A stretch of DNA of 64,000 nt from Nitrososphaerota archaeon (GTDB lineage: Archaea; Thermoproteota; Nitrososphaeria; Nitrososphaerales; Nitrosopumilaceae), in NCBI GenBank assembly GCA_028867755.1, contig JAGWFT010000001.1:868727-932726 (forward strand), given 5' to 3'. Under the pieces are notes generated by a model that saw only the letters and a list, made by a program, of their open reading frames with translations, did not search any database and had not been told where the DNA came from. Of the stretch, positions 1 to 10,068 are shown piece by piece (position 1 is the first letter of the stretch; each line of letters opens with the position of its first letter). A program made the position numbers and the translations under genes.

Positions 1-76
1 CGATGTTAGTTGGTAACCCCTGCACCCATTTTGAGACGCCCAAGTTTGGCGCCTTTGAGCCCACCTTTGCAATCAT
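1..76 (-). CDS. 5' end of a probable redoxin/TlpA-like thiol-disulfide protein (partial, runs off the window)
   Basis: Manual translation from ATG at 76: MIAKVGSKAPNLGVSKWVQGLPTNI..., resembling the 'G.KAP.L.V..WVQG' start of redoxin-family proteins; CxxC lies outside the window. Confidence 0.5.
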   Translation of the reverse strand, partial: MIAKVGSKAPNLGVSKWVQGLPTNI

Positions 77-171
77 AAACAACACATGTGGTGTCATTTG
101 TTATCTATTTCTTTGCAAGGTGAGTAGGAGCATGCGAAATTCTTTTATATGCGAATTCTATAGCTAAAATT

Positions 172-567
172 ATGTCGTCCAAGTTACCGGTACTACTGTT
201 GTTAACAGCAGTTTTGATGACATCTGTCGCAGTATCAACTATTCCAGCATCAAATGCATTGATACAGAGAGACTTCTCCTGGCTCAATGATAACCACCTA
301 ACCGTATTGACAGGAAATACGAAAGTGTGTGGGGATCATCTATGTGCACCTGGTGAATGGGACAAACTACAAACATCAATTAATTCTGCACAGCTTGGAA
401 ATCAAACTGGAAAAGGTGCATCAACTACAGTTACACCAACCACAGTACCACCTACTACAACACCAAGCGTATCACCAAATGTATGCATGATGGTAAAGAG
501 CGCACTTACTAGTGAAAATGTAAGCTCTGCTGTTGCACAAGTGATATTGTCAAAACTAGGTTGCTAA
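172..567 (+). CDS. Secreted hypothetical protein with KVCGDHLC motif and Thr/Pro-rich linker
   Basis: Hydrophobic N-terminal signal, CGDHLC Cys pair, TTVTPTTVPPTTTP linker; T-run after the stop. Confidence 0.7.
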   Translation: MSSKLPVLLLLTAVLMTSVAVSTIPASNALIQRDFSWLNDNHLTVLTGNTKVCGDHLCAPGEWDKLQTSINSAQLGNQTGKGASTTVTPTTVPPTTTPSVSPNVCMMVKSALTSENVSSAVAQVILSKLGC

Positions 568-618
568 AAGAGTAAACTTCAAATCTCTTTTTTTAAAATC
601 TGTCTCCCTAATCGAGAT

Positions 619-1185
619 TCAAAAGTTTACGTCAAAGCCGCCCATGTCGCCAGGCCCACCATCACCATGACCAAAATCTCCACTTCCATAGTCGCCTTGG
701 CTTGTATCATGGCCGCCATCATGACCACCCATATCTGTTGAACCGGTGTCGTACATGTATGAGTCAGGCATAAAACTTGTCATAGCAAGTCCCATAAACG
801 ACATCATTGAAGAGAACATCATCATGTCCATGATTCCCATGAACATCATGCTAGGAAGTATAGAGCGATTGTTATCCATATGTTGTTGGAGTTTGTCCTT
901 GTCGCCACTCTTCCAAATGGTTACCATCTGATTCCAATTTTGCTCTAATTCAAATTTTCTTTCCTCTAATTCTTTTACTCCTTTCTCAGTTAGAACAGTT
1001 TCTATCTTTGGGCCAAAGAACCCTTTCTTTTCCACTGTGGTGATTAATCCTTTATCGTCGAGGCGTTTTATGATATTATTTAGCTCTGGGTCTTCAATTC
1101 TTGTCTTTTTTCTTATCTTGTCTAATTTCTTAGCACCTTGACTAATTGCACTTAGAACTATCACATCGCTTGGCTCTTCTTCCAT
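619..1185 (-). CDS. Winged-helix (MarR-like) protein with Met-rich segment and Gly/Asp/His tail
   Basis: ORF track 619..1224; likely start MEEEPSD at 1185; wHTH-like 'LNNIIKRLDDKGLI...LTEKG'. Confidence 0.7.
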   Translation of the reverse strand: MEEEPSDVIVLSAISQGAKKLDKIRKKTRIEDPELNNIIKRLDDKGLITTVEKKGFFGPKIETVLTEKGVKELEERKFELEQNWNQMVTIWKSGDKDKLQQHMDNNRSILPSMMFMGIMDMMMFSSMMSFMGLAMTSFMPDSYMYDTGSTDMGGHDGGHDTSQGDYGSGDFGHGDGGPGDMGGFDVNF

Positions 1186-1257
1186 ACAGTAAAGAAATGT
1201 GCATATGCCTATAAATCGTTCCACGACAAGCTATTAAGAGGAACACTTTTACATAAT

Positions 1258-1671
1258 ATGATGGAAAAAGATTCTCATTCTGATGAACAGATAAAAAAAA
1301 TATATGAATTAAAAAATGTAGCCGTCGTTGGCATGTCAAAAAATCCAGAAAAAGCAGCACACTATGTGCCAAAATATCTTGCAGAAAAGGGTTACAACAT
1401 AATACCAGTCAATCCTACGACTGATGAAATTCTTGGAAAAAAATGTTATCCGAATTTACTGGATATTCCAATATTGATTGATATCGTAGATGTTTTCAGA
1501 CCATCAGATCAGGTAAAACCTGTAATAGAAGAAGCAATCAAGATAAAACCACAAGTGATCTGGCTACAGGAAGGAATTCATAACCCTGAAGCCGAATTGC
1601 TGGCAAAAAAAGCAGGAATTGACATAGTTTTCAACAGATGCATGCTTGCAGAACATCAACGACTATTCTAA
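1258..1671 (+). CDS. CoA-binding domain protein (YccU-like)
   Basis: VAVVGMSKNPEK, IPVNP, DIVDVFRP, WLQEGI, NRCM motifs. Confidence 0.9.
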   Translation: MMEKDSHSDEQIKKIYELKNVAVVGMSKNPEKAAHYVPKYLAEKGYNIIPVNPTTDEILGKKCYPNLLDIPILIDIVDVFRPSDQVKPVIEEAIKIKPQVIWLQEGIHNPEAELLAKKAGIDIVFNRCMLAEHQRLF

Positions 1672-1674
1672 GAT

Positions 1675-2040
1675 ATGGCAGAAGATTTTGCAAAATTCTA
1701 TGATGCTCTTTTGGAACTGGTAAAAGCGTTTGAACAAAAAAATGTGCCAGTCAAGGTCACATCAGATGTTGATTCCACCATGGTCAAGATATATGGTGAA
1801 AGATCTAGTGCGCTTGAGCGTGCAAACGCAGCTCTTGAGGAGATCTCAGAGCTTGCGTATGATACTGCAGAGCATCATCCGTATTGGAGTCTATTGTATG
1901 ATAGTTCACAAATCCTAAAAATAGTTTTAGAAAAATGGAACGACACGCTAACAGAAGAAGAACTCAAAGAGATCAAATGGTATGCAGACAAGATAAAAGA
2001 TTCACTTGAAAATGTCTCAAGTAACCATCATCACGAATAA
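1675..2040 (+). CDS. Hypothetical protein
   Basis: 121-aa ORF tightly packed between co-oriented genes. Confidence 0.7.
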   Translation: MAEDFAKFYDALLELVKAFEQKNVPVKVTSDVDSTMVKIYGERSSALERANAALEEISELAYDTAEHHPYWSLLYDSSQILKIVLEKWNDTLTEEELKEIKWYADKIKDSLENVSSNHHHE

Positions 2041-2073
2041 TCTGCAACAGAGATAAATAGTAAGTATTGCGAG

Positions 2074-3303
2074 ATGAAACTCATGCCAATAAAAATTGGC
2101 CTTATTGGTAAAACAAATACTGGTAAAACTACATTCTTTAATTCTGCCACATTGTCAGGCGGAGAGATATCCACCTATCCGTTTACCACAAAAAAGCCAG
2201 AGCGCGGCACAGGAAATGCAATCACACCATGTGTTCACACAGAATTTAGCATAAGAGACAATCCTCAAAATTCGAAATGTACCGATGGGTGGAGGTTTAT
2301 ACCGATTGAGCTAATTGATCTTCCAGGCCTCATAAAAGGAGCTTGGGCAGGAAAGGGACTTGGTAACCAATTTCTTTCTATTGCAACCCAATCTGATGCA
2401 TTGCTGCATGTGGTGGATGTATCAGGAAGTGTAGATGCGTCTGGAAGAATAACTGAAGTTGGACAAGGTGATCCAATTGCCGATGTGTCAGATATTGAGG
2501 AAGAATTGATAATGTGGTACCAAAAACTCTTGGAAGGAAATAGGGAAAAGATATCAAAACTTGTCAACTCTGAAACAGAGCTTATGCTAGCAATTACAGA
2601 TGTATTTCGGGGAATAGGAGTAAAAGAAATTCATGTAAAGGAGGCATTGAAGGTGACTGGGCTTGAGGACAAACACTTTGATAATTTTGATATGATAGAT
2701 AGCAAGAAATTTTCTGCACATTTACGAAAGATTTCAAAACCCACGTTGATAGTTGCAAACAAAATCGACTTGCCTGGGGCTGACAAAAACTTTGACAGGC
2801 TACGAGAAAAGTATGTTGACACGATAATCATACCTGCCAGTGCAGACAGCGAGCTCTCTCTTAGGCGTGCTGAGCAAAAGGGCTTGATAAAATATGTGCC
2901 TGGCTCAGAACAATTTGAAATACTACACAAAGAAGCGCTGGCAAAAAGACAACTAGATGCCCTCGAGTTTATCACAAAAGGTATACTTGGGGAATATATG
3001 AGAACAGGTGTCCAGTTTGCAATTAATGTCACTGTCTTCAAATTGCTAAAGATGAACTCAGTTTATCCTGTCGCAGATCCTGAAAAACTATCTGATAGGA
3101 AAGGACGAATTCTCCCTGACCTTATTCTGATGAAAGATGGTTCTACAATCGAAGATCTGGCAAAAGAGATTCACTCAGATCTAACAAAGGGCCTACTTTA
3201 TGCAAAAGATGTTAGATATGGCGTAAGGTTGCCAGTTACCTATCAATTGCGTGACAGGGATATTGTATCGCTGGTTAGTGCAAAGACAAAAAAATCCATC
3301 TAA
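2074..3303 (+). CDS. ychF: Obg-family YchF-like GTPase/ATPase with C-terminal TGS domain
   Basis: GKTNTGKTT P-loop, YPFTT switch I, DLPGL, ANKID, IHSDL...YAKD TGS motif. Confidence 0.9.
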   Translation: MKLMPIKIGLIGKTNTGKTTFFNSATLSGGEISTYPFTTKKPERGTGNAITPCVHTEFSIRDNPQNSKCTDGWRFIPIELIDLPGLIKGAWAGKGLGNQFLSIATQSDALLHVVDVSGSVDASGRITEVGQGDPIADVSDIEEELIMWYQKLLEGNREKISKLVNSETELMLAITDVFRGIGVKEIHVKEALKVTGLEDKHFDNFDMIDSKKFSAHLRKISKPTLIVANKIDLPGADKNFDRLREKYVDTIIIPASADSELSLRRAEQKGLIKYVPGSEQFEILHKEALAKRQLDALEFITKGILGEYMRTGVQFAINVTVFKLLKMNSVYPVADPEKLSDRKGRILPDLILMKDGSTIEDLAKEIHSDLTKGLLYAKDVRYGVRLPVTYQLRDRDIVSLVSAKTKKSI

Positions 3304-4703
3304 TTTTCTGCACCGATTTTTTCTTGTTTCATCCACAATGTCTTTTTCTTGTGATCAATTAGAACAACTCCCATGTCTGATATCTTCTTCCTAATGATAT
3401 CAGCATCTTGAAAATTTTTCTGACTTCGTAACAGGTTGCGTTGGCTTATGAGTTCATTTATCTCGTTTTTTTCTTTCAAAGTGATTTGAGACACCTCCAA
3501 ACCCAAAATGTCAAGCATTTGGTCAAGTGCTGGCAAAACCATTTTGGAAATGGAAGACACCAGGCGTTCGGATGCGGCAATCTGGTTTGTAGCCTTGACA
3601 AGTTTGAAAAATGCACTAGTTGCAAGTGGTGTATTAAAGTCAGAACTCAAAGCTTCATCAAATTCTTTTTTGGTCTCTTTTATGGCATCTTCAATGAATT
3701 TTGTATCTTCTGCGATGGCAGCTTCATCGCCTGACAAAATCAATTCATAATAACAGTTCTCCACCTGGCGCCATTTTGTTATGATCTCTTTGAGTGCGTC
3801 TTCAGAATAATCGATAGGTTTTGAATAGTGGCCTGAGAGGCAAAAAAGTCTGATTATGTTTGGGCCCCATTTTTTTAGAACAAAATCCACTGATTTTGTA
3901 TTTCCTAAAGACTTTGACATCTTCTCTCCATGTATTGTGACCATTCCAACATGCATCCAAATCTTGGCAAAGTTCTTTCCAGAGTACGATTCTGACTGTG
4001 CTATCTCGTTCTCATGATGGGGAAATATCAAATCTCTTCCGCCTCCATGTATTTCAAAGTCTGATCCAAGATACTTTAGGCTCATGGCTGAGCACTCGAT
4101 GTGCCATCCAGGCCTTCCACCGCCCCATGGGCTTTCCCATCTGGGCTCATCATCTGCAAACTTCCATAATGCAAAATCTAACGGATCTTTTTTAGTGTCG
4201 TCTACTTCTACGCGTGCGCCAGAGATCAACTCATCTGTCTTTTTCTTTGAAAGCTTTCCATATTCATGAAACTTTGAGACTGAAAAATAGACCCCATTTC
4301 TTGATATATACGCAAAGTCTTTCTCAACTAGTCCTTTGATTAAACTGACCATGTCATCTATGTGCTCTGTTGCCTTTGGATATCTGTCCGCACGCTTGAC
4401 ATTAAGACTGTCAAATCCTTCAAAGTAGTTTTCAATGTATTTTGAACTTATCTTGTCTGAAGATACATTTTCGGTTCTTGCTCGATTTATTATCTTGTCA
4501 TCTACATCTGTAAAGTTTTGAATAAATTCAACTTTGATTCCTTTGGATTCTAGAAATCTACGAAGTATATCAAAAACTATTATTGTTCTTGCATGTCCTA
4601 TGTGGCTGTCATCATACACTGTAACACCGCAAAGGTAGATTCTCACCTTGCTTGTTGTATCTAACTCCTTTTCTGTTACTGATAGTGTATCAAAAATTTT
4701 CAA
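3300..4703 (-). CDS. cysS: Cysteine--tRNA ligase
   Basis: CGVTVYDDSHIGH, GRPGWHIECS, IHGGGRDLIFPHHENE, KMSKS. Confidence 0.97.
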   Translation of the reverse strand: MKIFDTLSVTEKELDTTSKVRIYLCGVTVYDDSHIGHARTIIVFDILRRFLESKGIKVEFIQNFTDVDDKIINRARTENVSSDKISSKYIENYFEGFDSLNVKRADRYPKATEHIDDMVSLIKGLVEKDFAYISRNGVYFSVSKFHEYGKLSKKKTDELISGARVEVDDTKKDPLDFALWKFADDEPRWESPWGGGRPGWHIECSAMSLKYLGSDFEIHGGGRDLIFPHHENEIAQSESYSGKNFAKIWMHVGMVTIHGEKMSKSLGNTKSVDFVLKKWGPNIIRLFCLSGHYSKPIDYSEDALKEIITKWRQVENCYYELILSGDEAAIAEDTKFIEDAIKETKKEFDEALSSDFNTPLATSAFFKLVKATNQIAASERLVSSISKMVLPALDQMLDILGLEVSQITLKEKNEINELISQRNLLRSQKNFQDADIIRKKISDMGVVLIDHKKKTLWMKQEKIGAEN

Positions 4704-4717
4704 ACCTTATCATCTTA

Positions 4718-5506
4718 TCAAAGAACACATGTTTTGGGTGTTATTCTTTTGTGCTCGCTTCTTTTGTTCATCTGGTAAATTTTATCCACATCTGAAATTG
4801 GTATGCCTGTAAGTTTGGCAGTATCTTCAACTGATAAACTCTTGTCAATTATACAATGCAAGATTGAATCAATCTCTTCGTATGTTATCCCAATTTCAGC
4901 TTCTGCCGTATGTCCTTCCCATAAACGTGGGCCGCTTGGTTTTGATATGATGTTATGTGGAACACCAAGAAATCTTGCAAATTCACGAACTTGGGTCTTG
5001 TACAATGAAACTATTGGCAACAGATCTGCCGCACCATCGCCGTATTTGGTAAAATATCCTATCAGAAATTCGCTTCTATCGCCTGAGCCAAGAACAAGAT
5101 AATTTCTTGCATTCGCATAATAATACAGGATGTTTGATCTAATCCTGGCGCCAAGATTGCCAAAAGCTAGCGGACTTGGTTCTATGTATTTTGAATATTC
5201 TTTGTGAATAAAACCAATATCGATTAACTTGTATTCTAGATTCAAGCTATCCACAATTCTGACTGCATCTTCAGTGTCAGACTCGGGGGTGATCTTGGCA
5301 TCTGGCATTATCAAGGCAAGGGATTTTTCTTTGATAAATTTTGCACATAGCATGGCAATAACTGCAGAATCTATTCCACCACTGAGACCAAATATTACAC
5401 CTTGTGATTTTCTTTCCTTGATCTCCTCTAAAAGAAATGAACCAATCTTTTCTTGTATGTCTTTAAAATCTTTTCTTGTAATCTCTTCTAGTATCTGAGA
5501 GTTCAA
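4718..5506 (-). CDS. nadE: NH3-dependent NAD+ synthetase
   Basis: GLSGGIDS, GYFTKYGDG, SEHKR motifs. Confidence 0.95.
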   Translation of the reverse strand: MNSQILEEITRKDFKDIQEKIGSFLLEEIKERKSQGVIFGLSGGIDSAVIAMLCAKFIKEKSLALIMPDAKITPESDTEDAVRIVDSLNLEYKLIDIGFIHKEYSKYIEPSPLAFGNLGARIRSNILYYYANARNYLVLGSGDRSEFLIGYFTKYGDGAADLLPIVSLYKTQVREFARFLGVPHNIISKPSGPRLWEGHTAEAEIGITYEEIDSILHCIIDKSLSVEDTAKLTGIPISDVDKIYQMNKRSEHKRITPKTCVL

Positions 5507-5540
5507 CGCTTGTTAAAATTATTATAAAGAATTAAACTTA

Positions 5541-5843
5541 TCACAAATCTAGATAGATACCATCGCTTTTCACTTCAACTTTGTATGTCTGAAGCTTTAT
5601 TCCCTTGATGTAATCTAAGAGTTCTCCTGTCTTGATGTTGTAATGCCAAAAGTGGAGTGGGCATTCTACTACATCGCCTTCTAGTGTACCTGGTGCAAGT
5701 GAGCCGTCTTGGTGTACACAAACTGAGTCAAGTGCATGAAAGCCATTTTGATTGAATATGGCAATTTTTTTGCCCTCGACTGAAAACTCTCGACCCTTTC
5801 CAGGTGCAATATCGTTTTTTTCAGCTACTTTTTTCCAGGCCAT
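5541..5843 (-). CDS. Rieske [2Fe-2S] ferredoxin
   Basis: CVH...CPLH Rieske ligand pairs in a 100-aa ORF. Confidence 0.9.
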   Translation of the reverse strand: MAWKKVAEKNDIAPGKGREFSVEGKKIAIFNQNGFHALDSVCVHQDGSLAPGTLEGDVVECPLHFWHYNIKTGELLDYIKGIKLQTYKVEVKSDGIYLDL

Positions 5844-5923
5844 GTTTTCTTAAGCAAAAAGTATCCAATATTTAGATTGCCATTTCTGATAGAATTTTAT
5901 ACCTCTAAAATTCGAGATTCTGT

Positions 5924-7165
5924 ATGAGCCAGATAAAGGACCCAAGCCTTGCTGAAAAAGGAAAGATGTCATATGAGTGGGCAAGGGATCACATGAAGAT
6001 TCTTACTAATACTATTGAACGATTGAAAAGATCACAGCCTCTTAAAGGGATAAGGCTGGGAGTTTGTTTGCACATTACAAAAGAGACCTCGGTTCTCATG
6101 ATGGGAGCCAAAGCCCTTGGCGCAGATGTAAGCGCATGTGGTGCAAATCCTCTTTCCACACAAGACGATATTGCTGCATTTCTTGCAGAAAATGGAATTC
6201 ATATCTATGCCTGGGAAGGGCAAACTCCAGAAGAATATGATTCGTGCATAGAGCAAATGCTCAGCCACAAACCACAAATTCTGACAGATGACGGCTCTGA
6301 TTGTCACAGTAAAATTCATGGCAGCCGTGAATTTTCTTCGTGGACCATAATGGGTGGAACAGAAGAGACCACAACAGGAGTAATTCGACTCAAGGCACTT
6401 GAGAAACAAAAGAAACTCAAGTACCCCGTAATTGCTGTCAATGATGCATACACAAAACACATGTTTGATAACAGATACGGAACAGGACAGAGCACCATTG
6501 ATGGATATCTCAGATCAATGAACTTACTTTTTGCAGGAAAGCGAGTTGTAGTAGCAGGATATGGTTGGGTGGGACGTGGTGTAGCTTCTAGATCTAATGG
6601 GCTTGGAGCTAAAGTGTACATCACTGAAATCGATCCTGTGAGAGCACTTGAAGCACACATGGACGGATACGAAGTCATGCCAATTGCAGAAGCTGCAAAA
6701 GTGGGAGACATATTTATCACGGCCACAGGCCAAACAGGCGTAATACGAAAAGAACACATTCTCAAGATGAAAGAGAGTGCAATCATGGGAAATGTAGGAC
6801 ACTTTGATGTTGAAGTTGATTCCAAGTTTCTCTTAACTGAATCAAAATCTGTACGAGAGGTTCGTCCGAACTTGGACGAGTGCACATTAAAAAATGGAAA
6901 ACGTGTTTATTTAATTGGAAAAGGAAGAATTGCTAATCTTGTTGCAGCAGAAGGGCACCCGCCAGAAGTTATGGCACAGTCATTTTCAAACCAATTACTG
7001 TCAATGATTCATATCGCAAAGAATCATAAAAAGATAGGAAAAAGAGTAATTACTGTACCTGAAGAAATCGACAAACAAATTGCAGTGGATGCGTTAGCTG
7101 CAATGGACGTAAAAATAGACAAACCAACTCTGGCACAAATAAAATACGCACAAAGTTGGGCATAG
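5924..7165 (+). CDS. ahcY: Adenosylhomocysteinase
   Basis: NPLSTQD, EETTTGV, FDNRYGTGQS, GYGWVGRG, GHFDVE, GHPPEVM. Confidence 0.97.
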   Translation: MSQIKDPSLAEKGKMSYEWARDHMKILTNTIERLKRSQPLKGIRLGVCLHITKETSVLMMGAKALGADVSACGANPLSTQDDIAAFLAENGIHIYAWEGQTPEEYDSCIEQMLSHKPQILTDDGSDCHSKIHGSREFSSWTIMGGTEETTTGVIRLKALEKQKKLKYPVIAVNDAYTKHMFDNRYGTGQSTIDGYLRSMNLLFAGKRVVVAGYGWVGRGVASRSNGLGAKVYITEIDPVRALEAHMDGYEVMPIAEAAKVGDIFITATGQTGVIRKEHILKMKESAIMGNVGHFDVEVDSKFLLTESKSVREVRPNLDECTLKNGKRVYLIGKGRIANLVAAEGHPPEVMAQSFSNQLLSMIHIAKNHKKIGKRVITVPEEIDKQIAVDALAAMDVKIDKPTLAQIKYAQSWA

Positions 7166-7195
7166 CTTAAATCACGCACAAATCCTAACACAATA

Positions 7196-8845
7196 ATGAA
7201 GAGGGCAATAATTACAAGCGCATTACCATATGCTAATGGTGAGATACACCTAGGGCATGTTGCATCTACTTATTTGCCGGCAGACATTACCAAAAGATTT
7301 CTCAAGCTTACTGGTACTGAGGCCTATTACATATGCGCCTCAGACGATTATGGCACACCTATCTTGATCCAAGCTGAAAAAGAAAAAAAGACGCCAGAAG
7401 AATATGTCAAAGTCTGGAACAAAAGAGATTATGATGATTTTACTGCATTTGGGATAGAGTTTGACATATTCTACAGGACAAGCTCGCAAGAAAATATCGC
7501 CTTTGTGCAAGACACATTCAAAAAATTAATGGAAAACGGTCACATCTACGAGAAGGAAATAATCCAGTTCTACTGCAAATTTGACAAAAAGTTCTTGCCA
7601 GACAGATACGTGATAGGCAGGTGTCCATACTGCAAAGCTGAAGACCAGTATTCTGACTTGTGTGAAAAATGTGGGCGAGTACCACAAGAGATAGAAGAGC
7701 CAAAATGCTCAATCTGTAAAAATCCGCCTACAAAAGAGAAGACAAAACACTATTTTTTCAAGCTAACAAACTTTGTAAATGAACTCAACCAATGGCTTGA
7801 TGGAGACTCTCACCTACAAAAGGATGTAAAAAAATATGTTCAAAATTGGATAAAAGACGGTCTTGTTGATTGGGATATTACAAGGGACATTAGCTGGGGT
7901 GTGCCAATCCCGCTTGCAGACGCCAAGGGTCAGGTCTTTTATGGGTGGTTTGACAATCACCTAGCCTACATATCCTCTGCGCTAAAATTTCTAAATGATA
8001 AAGGAATAGATGGCAAGGAATTTTGGAACTCAGCTGATATTTACCACTTTATTGGTAAAGATATTGTGTACCATCACTATCTGTTTTTGCCTGCAATGAG
8101 AATTGGAATAAAAAAAGAATACAAGCTGCCTAATTATGTCCCAACTCGTGGGCATCTCATGCTACAGTCAAAAAAGATTTCAAAGAGTCGCAATTGGTAT
8201 ATTGGGCTAAAGGACTTTCTGCAGCTCTATCATGCTGACTACCTGAGGTTTTATCTTACCATGATTACACCTTACAGCCAAGATGATCTAAATTTTGACT
8301 GGGATGAGTTTGCAGCCAGGATAAACTCTGAGCTTATAGGAAATGTTGGTAATTTTATCAATCGGGCACTTGGATTTACAAAAAAGAGTGTTGGAGGTAT
8401 AGTGCCACAACCTGACAATCTTGATCCTGCTGACAAGGAAGCACAAGACAAGATAAAAAATTTGGTAAACGAGATAACTCCTCTGATGGAAGAAAATAAT
8501 CTTGATAGAGCACTCAAGAAGATCTTGGAATTTTCTGCGTACTTTAACCAGTACTTTCAGAAAAAAGAACCATGGAAAGGAGGTACAGGTACAAACAACT
8601 GTATATTTAATTCGGTAAATGCAGTGCGTTCTATTGCAATAACGCTTTATCCATTTTTGCCAGTGTCATCGCAGAAAATATGGTCACAGCTTAACTTGGC
8701 AGGAAATGTATCAGAACAAGCCTGGCAATCCCTGTCTGAAACTGCAGTAAAGCCAGGTCATAATCTTGGTGATGCTTCTCCACTCTTCAAGAAAGTAGAA
8801 GATGAAGATATCAAAGTACAAAAATCAAAGCTTGGGCAAAAATGA
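7196..8845 (+). CDS. metG: Methionine--tRNA ligase
   Basis: ALPYANGEIHLGH, Zn knuckles CPYC/CEKC/CSIC, KISKS. Confidence 0.97.
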   Translation: MKRAIITSALPYANGEIHLGHVASTYLPADITKRFLKLTGTEAYYICASDDYGTPILIQAEKEKKTPEEYVKVWNKRDYDDFTAFGIEFDIFYRTSSQENIAFVQDTFKKLMENGHIYEKEIIQFYCKFDKKFLPDRYVIGRCPYCKAEDQYSDLCEKCGRVPQEIEEPKCSICKNPPTKEKTKHYFFKLTNFVNELNQWLDGDSHLQKDVKKYVQNWIKDGLVDWDITRDISWGVPIPLADAKGQVFYGWFDNHLAYISSALKFLNDKGIDGKEFWNSADIYHFIGKDIVYHHYLFLPAMRIGIKKEYKLPNYVPTRGHLMLQSKKISKSRNWYIGLKDFLQLYHADYLRFYLTMITPYSQDDLNFDWDEFAARINSELIGNVGNFINRALGFTKKSVGGIVPQPDNLDPADKEAQDKIKNLVNEITPLMEENNLDRALKKILEFSAYFNQYFQKKEPWKGGTGTNNCIFNSVNAVRSIAITLYPFLPVSSQKIWSQLNLAGNVSEQAWQSLSETAVKPGHNLGDASPLFKKVEDEDIKVQKSKLGQK

Positions 8846-10068
8846 CACTGGATTGGATATCACGAGATGGAAAACTGATACTTGGTGCGCGAATCGTAAG
8901 GACATTTTCTTACGGATTTCTAAGCGTTACTTTGGCAATCTATCTTAGTTTGCTTGGGTTCAATGAAATACTGATTGGTGTTGTCTTGACTGCAACTCTG
9001 GTAAATAGCGTAATTTTCAACTTGATATCAAGTGCATATGCAGACAAGATAGGACGAAGGAAATTTTTGATACTTTATGCAATCTTGATGATTGTCTCTG
9101 CTGTCATCTTTTTTATGACAAATAACTATGTTGCACTAGTTGTTGCAGCACTCATTGGCACAGTCAATGTAACAGGCTCAGAAGTAGGTGCATTTCTGTC
9201 CCTTGAGCAAGCAATATTGCCACAGACTGTGAACGATGAAAAGAAACGAACTTCAATTTTTGCTATCTATAACATGGTTGGCATGTTTGCCATGTCAGGC
9301 GGCGTGCTGCTCTCAGGATTACCACACATTTTTTCGCAGAAATTTGGCCTTGATGAGACAAGTGCAATCAAGTTTCTCTTTATTGCATATGCTGCTTGTG
9401 CATTGGGCGCTCTTGCAATATACCTTGTCTTGTCTCCAAAGATTGAGGCCCAGTCAAAGAACAGTAAAACCAATTCGCCATTTAGTGGAATAACTCAAAA
9501 GTCTCGTGGAATAATTACAAAAATGTCATCTTTATTTGCAATTGATTCTTTTGCGGGTGGATTTGTGATACAAAGCATAGTATCTTTTTGGTTCTACACA
9601 AAATTTGGGGCTGATCTTTCTACACTGTCTTACATATTTACAATTGCGGGAATACTCACCGCTGTATCGTATCTGTTAGCAAGCAAGATGGCATCAAAGA
9701 TTGGTCTTGTCAATACGATGGTATACACACACATACCGTCCAACATACTTCTAATACTTGTGGCATTTGCACCAACTTTTCCACTTGCCATTGGGTTATA
9801 CTTTGCAAGGATGAGCATATCGCAGATGGATGTTCCAACGCGTCAATCATATCTTATGGCGGTGGTAAATGAAAACGAACGCGTTGCAGCTGCTGGAATC
9901 ACCAACACATCAAGAAACATTGCTCAGGCAGTAAGTCCATCTCTTGCAGGAATAATAATTGGGTCACTTTTGTCTGCCCCTTTTGTGATAGGTGGTACAC
10001 TAAAACTTGTATACGATGTTGCATTATTTCTTAACTTTAGAAAAATAAAGCCACCTGAAGAACTCTAG
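8842..10068 (+). CDS. MFS transporter
   Basis: About 12 hydrophobic segments, ADKIGRRK motif A, QMDVPTRQSY. Confidence 0.9.
   Translation: MTLDWISRDGKLILGARIVRTFSYGFLSVTLAIYLSLLGFNEILIGVVLTATLVNSVIFNLISSAYADKIGRRKFLILYAILMIVSAVIFFMTNNYVALVVAALIGTVNVTGSEVGAFLSLEQAILPQTVNDEKKRTSIFAIYNMVGMFAMSGGVLLSGLPHIFSQKFGLDETSAIKFLFIAYAACALGALAIYLVLSPKIEAQSKNSKTNSPFSGITQKSRGIITKMSSLFAIDSFAGGFVIQSIVSFWFYTKFGADLSTLSYIFTIAGILTAVSYLLASKMASKIGLVNTMVYTHIPSNILLILVAFAPTFPLAIGLYFARMSISQMDVPTRQSYLMAVVNENERVAAAGITNTSRNIAQAVSPSLAGIIIGSLLSAPFVIGGTLKLVYDVALFLNFRKIKPPEEL

Noticed and set aside
105-287. 60-aa minus-strand ORF
   Set aside because: Antisense to a better-supported secreted-protein gene; no features of its own.
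6316-6885. Long antisense ORFs (also 28720..29316, 50124..50588, 24663..25097 and many shorter ones)
   Set aside because: Shadows of conserved genes (ahcY, sucD, CDC48, ppdK); no motifs.
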